A DNA stretch of 64,000 bases. It comes from Phoronis australis (lineage: Eukaryota > Animalia > Phoronida). Numbering within the stretch: position 1 is the stretch's first letter; each line of letters begins with the position of its first letter. Positions 49,992-64,000 of the stretch are shown here, piece after piece. Made by a program: the position numbers and the translations under genes. The stretch covers positions 1 through 64,000 of the forward strand of contig NMRA01000392.1 of the NCBI GenBank assembly GCA_002633005.1, written 5' to 3'. The notes beneath the pieces are model-generated. The model was not told the DNA's origin, searched no databases, and was given only the letters and a program-made list of their open reading frames with translations.

Positions 49992-51938
49992 CTGAAACTA
50001 ACGGGCCAATACTACATTAAGCTGAGAGATAAGTGGTTGAAGTTGTATAGCACTCAGTGAGAGGTCAAGGACACATCCATCACAGCTGAGGCAACAATGA
50101 ATTTTGCAAAGTAACTTGATGTCAATTTTCCTATTGAAAAAACATTGTTTCATGCCAACTGAAACAAAATTTTGAAATTTAAAGTCCTTCCTAACTTAAG
50201 AGCAAAAGCATGGGTCAAAGCTCAAGCTTTTTACTAGTAACTGAACTCGAAATCATTTTTGACATTTTTCATTCTACTTTTGTATGCACTCTGATTAATA
50301 AGTGTCTATTATTCTATGTTGAAGTACACTATGATTTATGTGTATGATTTGTATAATCCTGATATGCACTTGATGACCCCAATATTTATGCTCTAAGCTT
50401 GGGTTTGAAATCTCGTGTTTATACACAAAATCTAAGGTTTTTACACAAGTTTGTAGGTCAAATTTTGAGGCCAATTTGGACTAGACATTCATTTAGCCAA
50501 ATGTCTACAAAACTATAGATTTTAACTCAATAAAAGTATGTATTTTCTGGAAATATAAACCCTGTAGAATTTGATTTTTGACTTTATACCAATTTGCTAT
50601 TAATTGAGACATGTGGCCACGTGGTTTTAGTAAAATTTAGCAAAAACAAAAAGTTACACGGCATAACAAAACAACGGTATCAATAACACGACCAAAGTTT
50701 GTTTGACATCACTGTTTAAGATGAAATCTCAAAAATGCTGCAAGTTTTCTAAATTATCATTTCGTTTTCGTTTTGCCCTATTTTCCATAGCCCCTTATGC
50801 AAAAGTGGCAAGTTTTAAAAATAATTCCTACTAAACAGGCTTTTGGAAAACGATGCACAAAGCACGGTATGCCAAGTTCCATATCTCAACATGAAGCAAC
50901 TTCTACGCTAACATTTGGTTTTTTTTCAACATATGGGATGGTGTTCTGACGTCAATGCTGCGCCGTCCGGTCAAAACGCCACCAATAACCCAGAACAACG
51001 ATAACGTCACTAGCCAAGCTGAAGTCCGTGAGATGCAGACGCAATGTCACTACTTTTTGTAAGTTTTTATTCCAGTATTAGACTGTAACTTTATCTATTT
51101 GGGGTTTTACCTCATGCAAGTTTAAGCCAGACTGTAACTAACCCGTCCAAATCGATACGCTAATTGATATGCGTGGCTTTGGCCGCTCTTCTAAAGACAA
51201 CTTATTCGCTAACTTCGTTGATTTTAAAAATTTGAAGATGGCTAATATTTACATTTCAACTTTAAAACCAGTCATGATGGTGCTTTGCCTTACTTATTGT
51301 TTGTTTTTCTTATTTTGAAACTGGTACGCTAAACAGGCGCGTTGGTTACAACTGCAATTATCTCTTCCAATGCACATTTGTCCAAGCCCATGAACGGCGA
51401 CTAGCTCACTTCGATTTGTGACGGCGACATGAAGCCGAGGAATTCTCTGGATTACTGTGGGGTGAACAGTGCACACTTTCTTGTCTAATTGCGTCCAAAT
51501 AGCTTAAGATTTGCTCAATGATCTGATAAGCCACTTATGACATATGATGTTCCGGGGTTTGTCACACTTGGGCCGTTTTCGAGGGTCCTACATAACGTTA
51601 ATGAGCAAACCATAATGTGGTCAAGTACAGAATAACAAAGACTTATATTGCGCTTATATCAAAGTAGACGAGAATATATTAAAAATCTTTTTGAGAAAAA
51701 AAGAGATTAGACCTAGGCCATGGTCTCAAGCAATAATGGTTATTTGGCTCTTACCAAGCCCAAAAATCATGTCTACTTCGAGTAAGGGAAATGGTGCGAC
51801 CAATTATAATGCTAAGTGGACTAAATCAAGTTATTTTTGAAAGCTTTAGACAAGTTATCCTAAACTACTGCCATGTACAAATCTGAGAGCCTGTTCTTCC
51901 AGGGAACAGCCTTTGAATTTTAGTCCGTTATGCAATAC

Positions 51939-52052
51939 CTTCCAGGCAAATCTTTTTTGGGATGGGAGGTGGACTTTCTGCCGATGTGGTGGAGCCGAGG
52001 CTTAGTCTCTTGTACTTCTGCCGACCGCCCCTCACCCGATCCATGCGCACAC
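51939..52052 (-). CDS. ERR: Estrogen-related receptor, CTE/hinge exon
   Basis: GVRMDRVRGGRQKYKR ERR signature; acceptor tttcag, donor gtattg. Confidence 0.93.
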
Positions 52053-52534
52053 CTGAAATGAACAGAACAGGGATAAATGCTCACTCAGCTAACTTGACAG
52101 GCAAGGAACAGTGTGAAGTTGGTCATGTCCCAAATTTAAAACTGGACACACCGTGGACACACCGAAATTTGATTCTTGGTATTAAAGCTAGTCAGAATAA
52201 ATCAAGCTCATAACTGTAATTTAGCAAATGGAAAATTAATTTGGTTCTTATACAGTGATGAGTAAGTCGCACTTAACAATCAGAATGGAATTCTTTATCA
52301 ACAAAAGATTAATGAGTAAGTCATTCAAATCCCCATCAGTGATCACTTAATTTGCAGACAAAAGGTGAGGTGTCCATAGCTTCCAAATGAAGACAATAAT
52401 TTACAACACAACTTTCAGGAACCAATTGAAACACATTTGAACATTTTGCATGACTTAGCCTCATGGTCTTCACATTGACAGCACCTGCCCACTTTTTAGG
52501 TTTATTTGAACCTATAAAGTCAGCATGAACTTAC

Positions 52535-52651
52535 CTTCTCGCAGCATGCCCATGTTCAAGCACTTCTGAAAGCGACATGCTTGGCAAGACTTGCGTCGTC
52601 GCTTAGTTATTTCACATTGACCATTGCCAGGACATGTGTATTCTATGTTTC
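52535..52651 (-). CDS. ERR: Estrogen-related receptor, second zinc-finger exon
   Basis: [39 protein letters not shown]; acceptor ttgcag, donor gtaagt; the first zinc-finger exon was not found in the window. Confidence 0.95.
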
Positions 52652-52800
52652 CTGCAATTAGACAAGTTTTGTAATTAAACCCTATAGCAACATAAATCAA
52701 ATCTTTCACTATCAAACTCAAACCACATAACTTGGACATTTGTCATGGTTACACAATTCATTATCACAGGGTTTGGCAAGAAAGTTGAAGGATTGATGGC

Positions 52801-54142
52801 ATCTAGAGTCATATGGAGTTAATGATAACGAACTCCTTTGGTTTAGAAACTACTTATACGACCGTAAACAGGCCACCAAATACGGTGGTATACTTTCTGA
52901 CTACTCAACCGTAATCACGGGGGTACCTCAGGGTTCCATTTTGGGCCCTCTATTGTTCACTATTTTTGTTAACGACCTCCCTACGGACCTCCACAACAGT
53001 GTCCCAGTTTTATACGCTGATGAAACTGCAATTATGTCCACAGCTGGGTCGGTAAAAGAACTCGTAACTTCTCTCAACAATGAGCTAGCCATTATCCATG
53101 ACTGGCTGATTCAAAATAAACTCACTCTTAACGTTAGTAAAACCAAGTCAATGCTGTTTGGAACCCACCAGAAATTAAAACAACAAAAACTATCCCTTTC
53201 TATCAACGGTTCTCCCATCGAGAATGTTGACAAGTTTAAGTACTTGGGCCAAACTTTAGATCCCAATCTTAAATTTAATATGCACATAGATCATATCACA
53301 AAGAAATTATCAAAGAAAATCGGTGTACTTAAACGTCTAGGCAAATTTCTTAATGTCCGTACTCTTAAGACCCTTTACCATTCTATTATTCAGCCTCATA
53401 TTGATTATTGTTTACCGGTTTGAGGGCACACTAGTGACACACTTGTAAACAAAGTCCTAGTAATCCAAAATAGAGCCGCCAGGGCTATCCTGGGTACTAA
53501 AATTAGGGACACTAGGGTTGACGACTTGTACTCCAAGCTGGGATTTATGAAAGTAAGACAAAGAAATAAATATCTCTCTGCCTGTTGTATATACAGATGT
53601 ATCAATGGCTTGGCTCCTGCATATCTCAGCAGTAAATTCAATAGCAATCAGGCTGTCAATTCTACACGTTCTTCTGTTGCTGGCAATGTTTCTTCTACAA
53701 AAATTAAAACGGGCAAGAGATCTTTTATCTATGCAGCTGCTATAATATGGAATTCTTTTAGCCCAGAAATTAAACAGTCCAATTCAATTACTACCTTTAA
53801 AGTTAATGTTAAGAAGTGGCTGTAATTTACTTAACCTTTTATACCCTGCCTGTCTTAATCATGTCATTTTTTCATTGTCGTAAATACTCTCATTGTCTAG
53901 AGTCATCTCTTAATTTATTTCATCTGTTTAGTTAATTTTTTACCATTATTTGTCATTTAGTTATTGTCTTAATTCTCAACCTTAACTGTTTTAATTGTAT
54001 CTTTGTTACGTATATTTCATTGTTGTTTTATTACTTCATTGTATTATATTACTGTTTTTCTTGTTGAGGGCCCTCTTGGAAAGCAGTGCTATCACTGAAG
54101 AGGCCACCCTCATTTTAAATATCACAATAATAAATAAATAAA
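52801..54142 (+). mobile_element. 5'-truncated CR1/L2-group (Crack/Daphne-like) LINE in an ERR intron, antisense to ERR
   Basis: GVPQGSILGPLLFTIFVNDL, LYADET, KYLG, QNRAARAI; in-frame stop at 53421-53423; 3' hairpin and (taaa)n tail. Confidence 0.88.
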
Positions 54143-54252
54143 TCAAGGGATGCTGGAATGACCTCCAATTGACTTACTAAAATACTGAACCACATCTCAA
54201 ATTCAATCCTTCTTTTTGCAGACTGAGATAAAATACATTAAATGACTGACTG

Positions 54253-56945
54253 GCGGCATTTTTTCACTCAGGGTGCAAATCTAGATTTTTTATGTTATGC
54301 AATCATATTGACAGATTTCCTTCACTTCCGGCAGATATTTGTATGATGATCTTGGTATAGCACCGGTACCTATGACATTTACGCATTTTAAAGTACGAGA
54401 AAATGTTAATTATGGCCAGATTAATCCTTAATATAGCTGAAAATAGCCAGAAATCCATCATTATTTTGTTTCACCGAAACATTGCATGTTTTTAATTCAC
54501 ATGGCATTTAATTAAACCACACATTTAATTGAAATTTAATGTTTTTTTAATGACCTTAAGATATATTTCTTGTTTTTCTTCAGGTGATTGCAGGGATCTG
54601 AAATGTCAAACACAATTTTCAGGCACACTTGCAATATGATATCAATGTTATGCAAAAACACTAAATTTGCATTGTGCTCTTTCTCTTACATACATGGCTG
54701 AAAAAGAAAAGCATTGTGTTTTGAAGTGTTTTTAATGGTTGATGGTATATAGAATTTGATTTAGAAACCACATATTTATACCAGATGTCCTGGTGATTGG
54801 ATTCCTCAACCAAACACTATCCCCGTCACCTAAAAAAACTCATTCTCCGTAGTCCTGTCTGAAATCCAATAAATTCTTTCATCAACAAGAGCAACGCAGA
54901 GCGTTGAAATGCGCCCACAATTGCACCGCATACGGTATCCTTCTAGGGTTGTTTATTGGTACCACAAAGTGGCCAGTAGAGGGCATATATGTAGTATGTT
55001 GTACTTAGCAAAATGGAAAGGCATGGTCATTGTCTCCTCAATAGGCTAGGGGCAAAATGTGAGTAATCTTCATAATACAAGCACATCCTATACACCAGTT
55101 GCTTAAAGCACCACAGAAAGAATTAAAAACAAATTTACCAATATACGAGCACACCATTAGAATGCCAGAAACAAATTTCTACTTGGAACTTTTCCTTCAT
55201 AGTCACGAAGTAACACAAAGTATACACCTGAAGACCTATGAAAATACAGAGGTAAATGTAAAATACCAAAATTGCTACTAGAGGCAAATACTAAAATTGC
55301 CACTAGAGACATACCGGTAGTCAGAATCATCCTAAAGTCGTCATCGTCCGTTGTCAACATCACATCAATACACTTGCTAAATTTAGTAAAGATCCTGCAA
55401 ACGGTTTGGGAGATACAACCATGGGCGCAAAAAAAAAAAAACTGCCACTAGGAGGTGCCACAGTAGTCCAAATCGTCTGAAAATCATTGTCAGCTGTCTT
55501 CCTTATAGTAAGCACATACACGGCAATTTTCACAATCATCCTTTGAGCGGTTTGATTGATAGAGGGGTGGACGCAAAAATACAGACTCGAAAACAGTAAA
55601 AATGGCCACTAGGTGGCGCAAACTATGTCGAATCTATCTGAAAACGGGAGGATAGCGTCATCTCACTATTAGGTGCCTACATACCAAATTTCATGAAAAT
55701 CCGTTCAGGACTTTTGAAGATACAAAGGTAAGCGTAAAAAACTAAAATTGCCACTAGGGGGCACACCGGTAGTCGGATCCGTCCGAAAGTTCGCACATGC
55801 CGTCCCATTCATGAATGGAACATATGTGCCAAATTTCATGAACGTATGTCAAAGGGTTTTGGAGATAGAGCAGCGGACGCCGGACACCAGACGCCGGACG
55901 CTGCCCGGACGGACGGACGGAGATGACGGCATAATGCGTCCACATATAAATATGTGGGCGCATAATAAAAGATTTTTGATACTGCAAATTGGGAATCTAG
56001 AAGCGGTCTTTGGCCCACAAAAGTATTAGACAAATTCCTGGATTTAAATTGATCATAAGCAAAAATGCCTTTTGTATTCTCCGTAGCCCCTGTATTCTTC
56101 GTTGCCCCTAACTTTGAATTGTTAGTACATGGTTTGAAAAAACTTGTACCTAGGTGCATTTACTGACAAAATGGAGCCAAATAAACTCTCCAACACAAGA
56201 AAAAATACAATTTTTTTATTTATGGGTGGGATTTGAGGCAAGTTTAGCTATAATTACTTTTTCAGTTTAAACTCATAATTAATAAAACATGAATGTTCTT
56301 TGGTCATTCAGAAGTGTTGGTATTAACAAGTAAATGAATTCTGTTGCATTTGCTCAAGTATTCATACACTTATAAACAGGTATCTGCATATTTTGTATCC
56401 TCTGTAGCCCACTGACCCTGTTCTAAGTGAGACTCATGTATACAATGTTTACTGATGATGAAACGTGTTTTCGTGTATTTCTTTGATGGTAGTTAATGAA
56501 ATTAGGCATTCCTTTTGACAGTGATGTGATTCTGATGATAGTTAAGTGCTGAGTATGTCTAAAGATTATGTAAAATCATTATGTTTTATTTGTATACTCA
56601 CACCATGTGAAGCATACACAGGTGTGAACCTATTTTTTATATTGCTGTTCAGTGATTAAGTACGAGTTACCAATAATAAACTTTCTTGTTCCTAAGCCAG
56701 ATTTAAGTTCTTTTCTAAATGGATGTGACAATACCAATGACGTATTCTCCGTAGCCCACACTTTTCTTTGTTATTTCAACAGGCCAAATCTCAAAAACTA
56801 AGACTACAGATACTTCACAAAAATTTAACCTGATATTCCATATGCCATGTTGATTCCAATAAACGAAGTCTCAAAGCTGAAATGAAAATTTCATAAAATG
56901 CCATTTCTGAAACAAAAGTGTGCACCCTGAGTGAAAAAATGCCGC
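54253..56945. mobile_element. Non-autonomous TIR element hosting a nested Helentron-like insertion
   Basis: 25-bp perfect TIR gcggcattttttcactcagggtgca / tgcaccctgagtgaaaaaatgccgc; internal repeats ttctccgtag(t/c)cc; TSD not evident. Confidence 0.6.
54884..55968. mobile_element. Helentron-associated (HINE/DINE-like) non-autonomous element
   Basis: aacaagag start, subTIR aatgcgcccaca, about 150-bp tandem core, (ggac)n microsatellite, terminal hairpin atgcgtccacatataaatatgtgggcgcat. Confidence 0.7.
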
Positions 56946-59900
56946 AAGTTTTTGAAAGGTTAGGCTACTAATACACACTTGTGAAAATAACTAGTGTCTT
57001 ATTGTCTGTCTTCTTGATTACAAAATACTGGTGCACCCCAAGAGATAATCTCTTGAAAGTTACGTACCCTAAGAAGTCATTTCACCAAACATTTTTAAGT
57101 CTCGTTTGCATGTTACCTGTTGGCAACATCACGTGACCTAATGAATAAAAGTCTGAAAAGATTTCTGCCAGACTTATATACATTAGGTCATGCAATGTGG
57201 CCAACAGGTGGCGTGCAGACCAAGACTAAAAAATGTTTGCTATCTACATTTCCAAGCAGTTTAAGATTTACGCATTCATACTCCTTAATTGCTCACACTG
57301 TATCCCAGCGGTAGATTATCGCATCAAATGAAAGAGAACACACAATGTTCAGACATTCGTGATCACGTGACAGCATATTTTCCTAAAAAATCCCATTTTT
57401 CACAGAGATGGCCCTATTTTCCATAAACAATTTTTTGCTCGAAACTTGCAAATTCTGTTTCTTTGTTCTATTTTTTGTTCTATTAAGTACAAAGCGGTGT
57501 CTGGGATTTCCTTTTAAGGCCTCTTAGCCTGAAAATCCCGTCAAAAATGATGTCAACATTTTCGAAAAAAACGGATGACTTGATTTTTGGCATCATGTTT
57601 CTCGGGCTGTCAAAGGCCTTGAAAGAAAATCCCAGACACTATTTTGTAGCAAATAAAACGGAATTCGCAAGTTTTAAGCGAAAAAACAAATATGTGGAAA
57701 CTACGTTGGTCTCCATGAAATATTGTTATTTTTTACAAAAAATGCAGTCACATGAAAACAAACCTCTGAAAATTGTTTTCATGCACAAAATAAGATTCTC
57801 CGATTCCTAATGACTTTAAAAATATAAAGTTTTATGGGTTCGTTATTAATAGCAAGGTTGTTTAAAAAAATCTTTGGTAACCAAGGTAGACAGTGACTTT
57901 AAACATCTGTGGAGTCGCAACAAATGACATTTTGATATTAATGGCAAACAATGACAATATTAACAGTGACTCAATTGGGCTCTGAGTGACAGTGTATCGT
58001 CAACACAAAGGTGTGGTGTTTTCATCAGACAGGTGTGTTCAATCCCAGTTATGTCTCAATGTAAATGAACCACAACAGAAAGCTTCAAAAATAAGCTACT
58101 TTCATTTGCTTGTAAATAATACTCACCCACACACAAACATGTTTATTTACAATACATGCCCCTACCATGTGAAGCTGAACTTGTTTACTTTCACTTATTT
58201 ACTTAGGTCACTACTACAGAAAATACAGTTAGAAAAAACAATACAAATGAAAATAAATAAAAGTAAAAGTGGGAAACACTGATAGCACAAAAACACCGAG
58301 ACATTTCTATTTTGGGCTGAAAAAAAAACCAATGTTCCATAAATTTCATATCTTCATACAATAATATGGTGTGAGTTTGCCAATGATCAAGTCACTGCTA
58401 CATAATGAGAGATTCTAACAGCCTGGCAAATAAAGCATGGCAAGCAAAGTTTTCTAAAATTTGAACAAAAATAATGGCCAAAATTGCCATTCTTTCATTT
58501 TCAAATACTCACTGTAATGCCAAAAATGCTCAAAATTTCATCATAAGTTTTTTTAATAGTCGTACCATATAAAATTTTCAAATAATCAAAGACAAGTAAT
58601 TTAGTAATGTCTTGTTCTTGTTTACTACATATTGAGTTATGTTCTGAAGAAACTGTGTTCAACCTTTCATAAATTAATAATATAATCTTGTTCCTCATGA
58701 TAGGTTTAATAATGCCGGAACCATTCAATAACCTACATTTATGCAATGTTCTCCAAAACACCGTTGGAAATTGTTTTTAAAATGTTCCACTTTTGCATGA
58801 GGTGCTATGAAAAAGACTTCCATGTATTTCATGAATGAACTCGATGAAATGAAGTGATATGTTAGAAAACTATGACAGCGTTTCTTAGATCTCATCTTGA
58901 GCACTTACATCCAATAATATCTTGTAAATGTTAATAATACCACTGTTTTGTTATCAATGTACCTTTCTTTTCTGCTAAAATTACAAAAAGACATGGTCAC
59001 ATAGCCTGAATGACAGAGTGGTAACAGGTAAAAAAACAAAATCTTCAGGGTTGCTAACTTTCAGAAAATATATACTCGCCTTGTACCAAGTTAAAATCTA
59101 AAGTTTTGTAGATATTGGTACATGTGGTTACAATACATAGACTTGTCAACAAAACCTCAATTATTTTTGTCTGCATTGTAACTGATTGTTGAACAGTGAA
59201 ACTTGATTCACATCTGAATGACAACTTGTGCCAAACTAATTTTAATGTGAAGAAACAGTTTACAGCTGGTAAGTACCCCAAGGGTGCACAGCATTGTGGG
59301 TAAATACCAGATTCAAACAGGTTGTAGTAAGTGGCTACTGTTGTTCAGAGACAACTTTTCAATGACCTTACAGCTGCCAGCAGTGTTGAAGACAAAAGAA
59401 CTAATTCTGGGGGGAGGGGGAAATGACAAGGATTTAAGTCAGGAGTCACTGAGTTCATGGACATTTCAGAAATGAATGACTTTTTCCTCAGTAAACATTT
59501 GACACTATTAAGTGACAAGACACTAAAGACCAAGCTTTCTTGCATAACAGCACAGATGTCAACAAAAGCATATACTGATTGTATAATTTTCCGTATGATC
59601 AAAAGAAGGCGCTGCTGTCTCATTGCATAAACAATTTTTTACCCAACTAATTAAATATACCACCAAATAGCAATGTTTTAAGAAAATTTTATCACTGACA
59701 TTAAACGCGACTACGAAATGTGCATTTTGAATAACCCAGGTTTTCTGTTTTCATTTTCTCTGTTTCATTTGCATAGACCAACAAACCAAATCTTGTGTGA
59801 GGGCTATTGTGTCTCATGTGCTGCCTCAGTTAGTCATAATGGTAGACAGTACATGGCACCTGTACTGAATATGAACAGGTGGAAAAACAGAAGGGTTGTC

Positions 59901-62302
59901 ATCTTAGTCAAGATTCAGGATAGGAATAAATATGCCACAAATGACTAAAAGCCACAAAATTATGTGACCCCAATCAGGTTCCAGGTACAAAAATAATTTG
60001 AATTGTCACACAAACCATCTGCCAAGTTGAGCAAGTGCGTTAACTAAAGCATGAGAGTTGATTGGATCAATCACACAGTTGAAGCACCAAAAACTAACCA
60101 GTGAAATACTGTCAACAATCATGTAACTTTTAAATTGCCGAGCAGTTGTGGTTAAAACAATGAAAATACTTCCTGTAAGCACCGAGTATGTGCTAATAAG
60201 CAGGTAGCAGACAAGTTACTCAGAAATGAAAAGCAATTCATTGACAAGCTGCGCCTATATTGACATATTTTCCTACCTCATTGTGGGTTGTGTAGGATAA
60301 ACAACACTTGTGGAAGAAGAATACACAGCACAGCCCTACTGGTTGCTATTAATAAGAAATGTTATTTCATGAATTATGTGTTTATTCCACTGTAAAGCAA
60401 ACAGGTGGGTAGAACAACCTCACCAGTCTGATAAGCACGCGACCATTGAAAAATGAAGAGCATTTAAACACACTTTAATGGACATTAATTTTTATTCCAT
60501 ACCTGTCCTGACAATTTATTTTTGATAAATGTGGCTGTCATTGATCATAAACTACTTGCTTTGATGTGACACTGCAGTTTATGAATGAATTCATACTATT
60601 ATAACAAAATGTTATCATTATGATTATTAAAATTATAAACAATATCACCATATTCGTCTGACTTAATGCCTAGGGTGCTTAAATTTAGAAGGCACGCCTA
60701 AATTAAGGAAGGTTATTCAAAAACAAAAAAATTGAGAAGTTGGCCAGTGGATGCTTAAAAGAATGGTTGATTCTATCAATCAGCAGAAGACTTCATCATT
60801 TTTACATACCTAGTCAGTTATATTAATATGCGCATGAGCCAAAAGAACAATTTCACATCTCCTGAGCCATCTCACCAAATGATGGTGAGGTTCTAATGTT
60901 GTTGAGTACGTTATCGAGCTAAAATTCTCTTGAGACGGGCATACAAACTTGTAAATCAGCCAGTCTCTTTTTAAGAAGTCTCATTCATATAAATTTGAGT
61001 TGAACATAGATCTGAGTATGTGCAAATTTTGGGGGTGGCCATCAAGATGAACATGAGCGTTAAGTTGGACGACTTTGGTATGTTACTATGGTAAAATCTC
61101 ACCAATTTTTAACAACACTGTAGTTGCCAAAAATGCCCTTGATCATTTTTCAATTAAGGCTCGCAGCTAGCTTTAATAATTGTGAATGCCCACAGTTTGT
61201 CAAAGCTTTGTCTGACGGCAGCAGCGGTTCAAAAGACAGTACAAAACAAAAAGCACATAGTAATTTGTTGCTACAAACATTTCATGAAAAAATGAGAAAA
61301 TGAGATTTCACTCGTCAGCCACAGAATCCCAAGTTGAAGAGATTTTACTGAAACAGGGCTGGGATGCACATAACTGAATGGATTTGATTGATGTATGCTG
61401 TCAAATGCATTGTTCAACAACACATGACATGTGATGATGTTATGTCACTGTTGTTTAATCCAGTGTACAACTTAAATGCAACTGAGGGCAGGGCTCTATT
61501 CCATGACACTAGTTTAGTTTTTACTTAGACCCAAATAACAATGCTGTCATTCTATCACAGACATAGCCCTTCTTGAGCAATGCAGTTGACACCATGACAA
61601 CAATCCAACTTGAGACTTAAACATTCATGAAATATAGCTCTGATGTATCTAAAACACCTTGGCAACAAAAAAGCAATTAGAAAGTGAAGATGACACTGTC
61701 ACTCAAATCAAATCATATATTTAAACCATACGAAATTTTTACAAGAATGTCAAACTGTGAAAACCTTTTTAATAAACACATACAAGTACTATAGCAGGCA
61801 AGGAAATTGCTTTGCTAAAAGGGCCTAATAATGAAGCCTTGCCAATTACCAGAAGCACTGATCAGGAATATAAATGGAAATCCGTTCACAAGGGAATAAT
61901 ACAGTACAAGCCAGCAATATTAGATCAGGACTGGTTTGAAGTGACACTGATTCCCAGCTACAGACGTTTTAAGTGATTATTGATCACAGTGAAAATCATA
62001 AAAAATAAGTGGTGAAAGAACAGCAGTATCACAATTCAAATCTTCCCTCAATCTTCCCTCAATCTTCCCAACTGAACAGTAAGTGCAACCCAACGCATTA
62101 AACAGCCCTCATCACCACACACTCCTTTTAATACATTTAACAAGGAAGGTGCATGGAGGAAAGATTCAACAAGGAAAAAACATGGTGAAGAGAGATAAAC
62201 ACCCATTGAATTATAAAACAGATACATTTTGTCTACTTATTTGTTACAGTGAAGTCTCTTGCAGGTTAGACATCAGAAGTGAAGCTGTTGTGTTGACATT
62301 AA

Positions 62303-64000
62303 AGGAGAATGCCACCCAAAAAACAACCTAATTTGTATCAATTTAGATCGAGTAGTTCTACTCAATAACGGCAGGTTCGGCAGGTTCGGTAGGTTCGGTT
62401 GCGATACGTGACACCTGACGGCAGACGGAGGTGTTGAAATTATCCAGTGGTTTCACACGCAGTCTGTTCAGCAGTTCACAACACGGATTAGTGGTGTCAG
62501 CTTATAGCTTGAATTCATCATTTAACACTAACCAATCATCAAACTTCGATGTAAAACCCTTAAAAATACACCGAGTTCTTCTAAAAACGTGTCATCCCTA
62601 TTACGGATTTACTGGTATTTGGACACACCGTAGCCTACAAAGTTCGGCACCGCCTACCATTAGGTCCGTAGCAGGAGTTTGGGGTCTCTTCGGAGATAAA
62701 TTCGAAGCACTCTTCCGTGAAATGCAGAAAGGAGAACCTACATCTGTGTTGTTTGTACTTGTGATTTTTTTAGTTCTAAACACACAAAACGCTAATGTTA
62801 TCCCGGCCAGTGACTTGGAACCCGATCAGGTCCATCGCGGCAGGACTGACTCGTTATCCCGGACAGTGGCTCGGAACCCGATAAGGCCCGTCGCGACTGG
62901 ACTGACTCGTTATCCCGGCCAGTGGCTCGGAACCCAATCAGGCCCATCGCGGCCACCGGGACTGGCACGAACATAAACCAACTTGAGTTGGAAACTAAAC
63001 TTCCGGTCACGAAAAGTAATAGTGAGCCAAGAAAATAATGTGCCGCATGTAATTATTTATGTGAATTAGCCACAAAACTGAAAATTTACTGAAAATTTCG
63101 AGGGCCGCGAAGTCGGGTTCCCCTTCCACAGACCGTCAGGGCAAAGGTTGTACAATAACAATGATTTGAATAATGTATTTGTATTTCTAAATAAAGATTC
63201 CCCTAATATATGACAATAGCATATAAAATCGAGTAATTGTTTCACAACAGCTTTCTGTCAGCAAACACTGAATTAGCATGCGCTCACATGGCCTCGGTGC
63301 CCTTGAGTCGAATTACCTTGTTGCTGGCATCAAAAGCTGCCGGTAACGCAGTGATTTATTCATTGCTGGCTTCTCAAACTGACATTTCGGCACTCAAGAG
63401 CACTCCAAGGCATGGACAGACATTGTTTCAGCTTCATATAAGTATTGGTTATGATCATGTTAGGACGAGAAAAATTCATTTTGAAACAGAACGCAGAATA
63501 ATAAACGTCTACATGGCATCTCGCCCGGCGCCAATCCCGTCTGACTTGGTCAATAGCTCGGCATCCAACGAAGACTTCACGGGTCGGATCGTTAGGTTTC
63601 ACAGGCTATCAGTTCGAACCGGAATACACTGATCAAGAAATACTAGAGAGGCGCCGTGACCATGCATAGGCAATGGAACGTATGGATAATTCTTTGGTAA
63701 GCTGGAATTCGTCAGAGAAATCACTGTCGACGAAATGCCAGCCACAGACACGGAGGTGTTTCACAGCTTCATACTTGCTTTTAACAGCATACCTTTCATT
63801 CTTCACTACCGCGAGCCACTTCCTAAGCATTTCGGGCTCGCAAGGAAGTCAAAAAAACGATTTACCTGTTTTCATCGCAGCTTCATAGTTCAGACAAGGG
63901 GGAACCGATGCTCCGCAATATAGCTGCATTCACTCTGCAGACGAACCACTGAAGTCGCTGCGTCGCTTCTCACCTTCCTCCCAGGTTAACACGACACCTC
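62303..64000 (-). mobile_element. Kolobok-type family B copy, running off the window end
   Basis: ttaa|aggagaatgccaccc terminus; colinear with 23046-24660; three ~57-bp internal repeats at about 62795-62955. Confidence 0.85.
63633..63929 (-). pseudogene. THAP-domain remnant of Kolobok family B
   Basis: MQLYCGASVPPCLNY..GKSFF*LPCEPEMLRKWL..LRVCGWHFVDSDF with an in-frame TGA where the other copy has CGA. Confidence 0.75.

Noticed and set aside
62431-62976. 181-aa ORF
   Set aside because: Lies in Kolobok B and the frame is not preserved in the copies at 23046 and 39001
52652-64000. ERR first zinc-finger exon (C..CGD..SG.HYG..SCEACKAFFKR)
   Set aside because: Not found by eye; presumably beyond the window end

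Overview
Eukaryotic (bilaterian invertebrate, TTAGGG-type telomere) genomic window. Bases 1-5467 are a degenerate (TTAGGG)n array whose G-strand points into unique sequence, so it looks interstitial rather than terminal. The array is interrupted by a tRNA-headed SINE and a 5'-truncated, frameshifted RT+RNase H non-LTR retrotransposon of the LOA/R1 group. The SINE (3 copies) and LINE (2 copies) share a structured ~85-nt 3' end and T-rich tails, consistent with a SINE-LINE partner pair. Two minus-strand spliced host genes are present: a complete 3-exon stum/Spec3-family membrane protein gene (about 164 aa) and the 3' five coding exons of an estrogen-related receptor (ERR/NR3B). Introns and intergenic DNA are dense with transposon derivatives: two Kolobok-type families (TTAA TSD, THAP domain, one with a convergent P2X7-ballast-like ORF), IS3EU-, Harbinger- and 9-bp-TSD MITEs, a Penelope GIY-YIG fragment, CR1/L2 fragments and Helentron-like elements carrying periodic CTCF-like or RFX X-box-like motifs. 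All family assignments are from motif recognition by eye; no database search was run.
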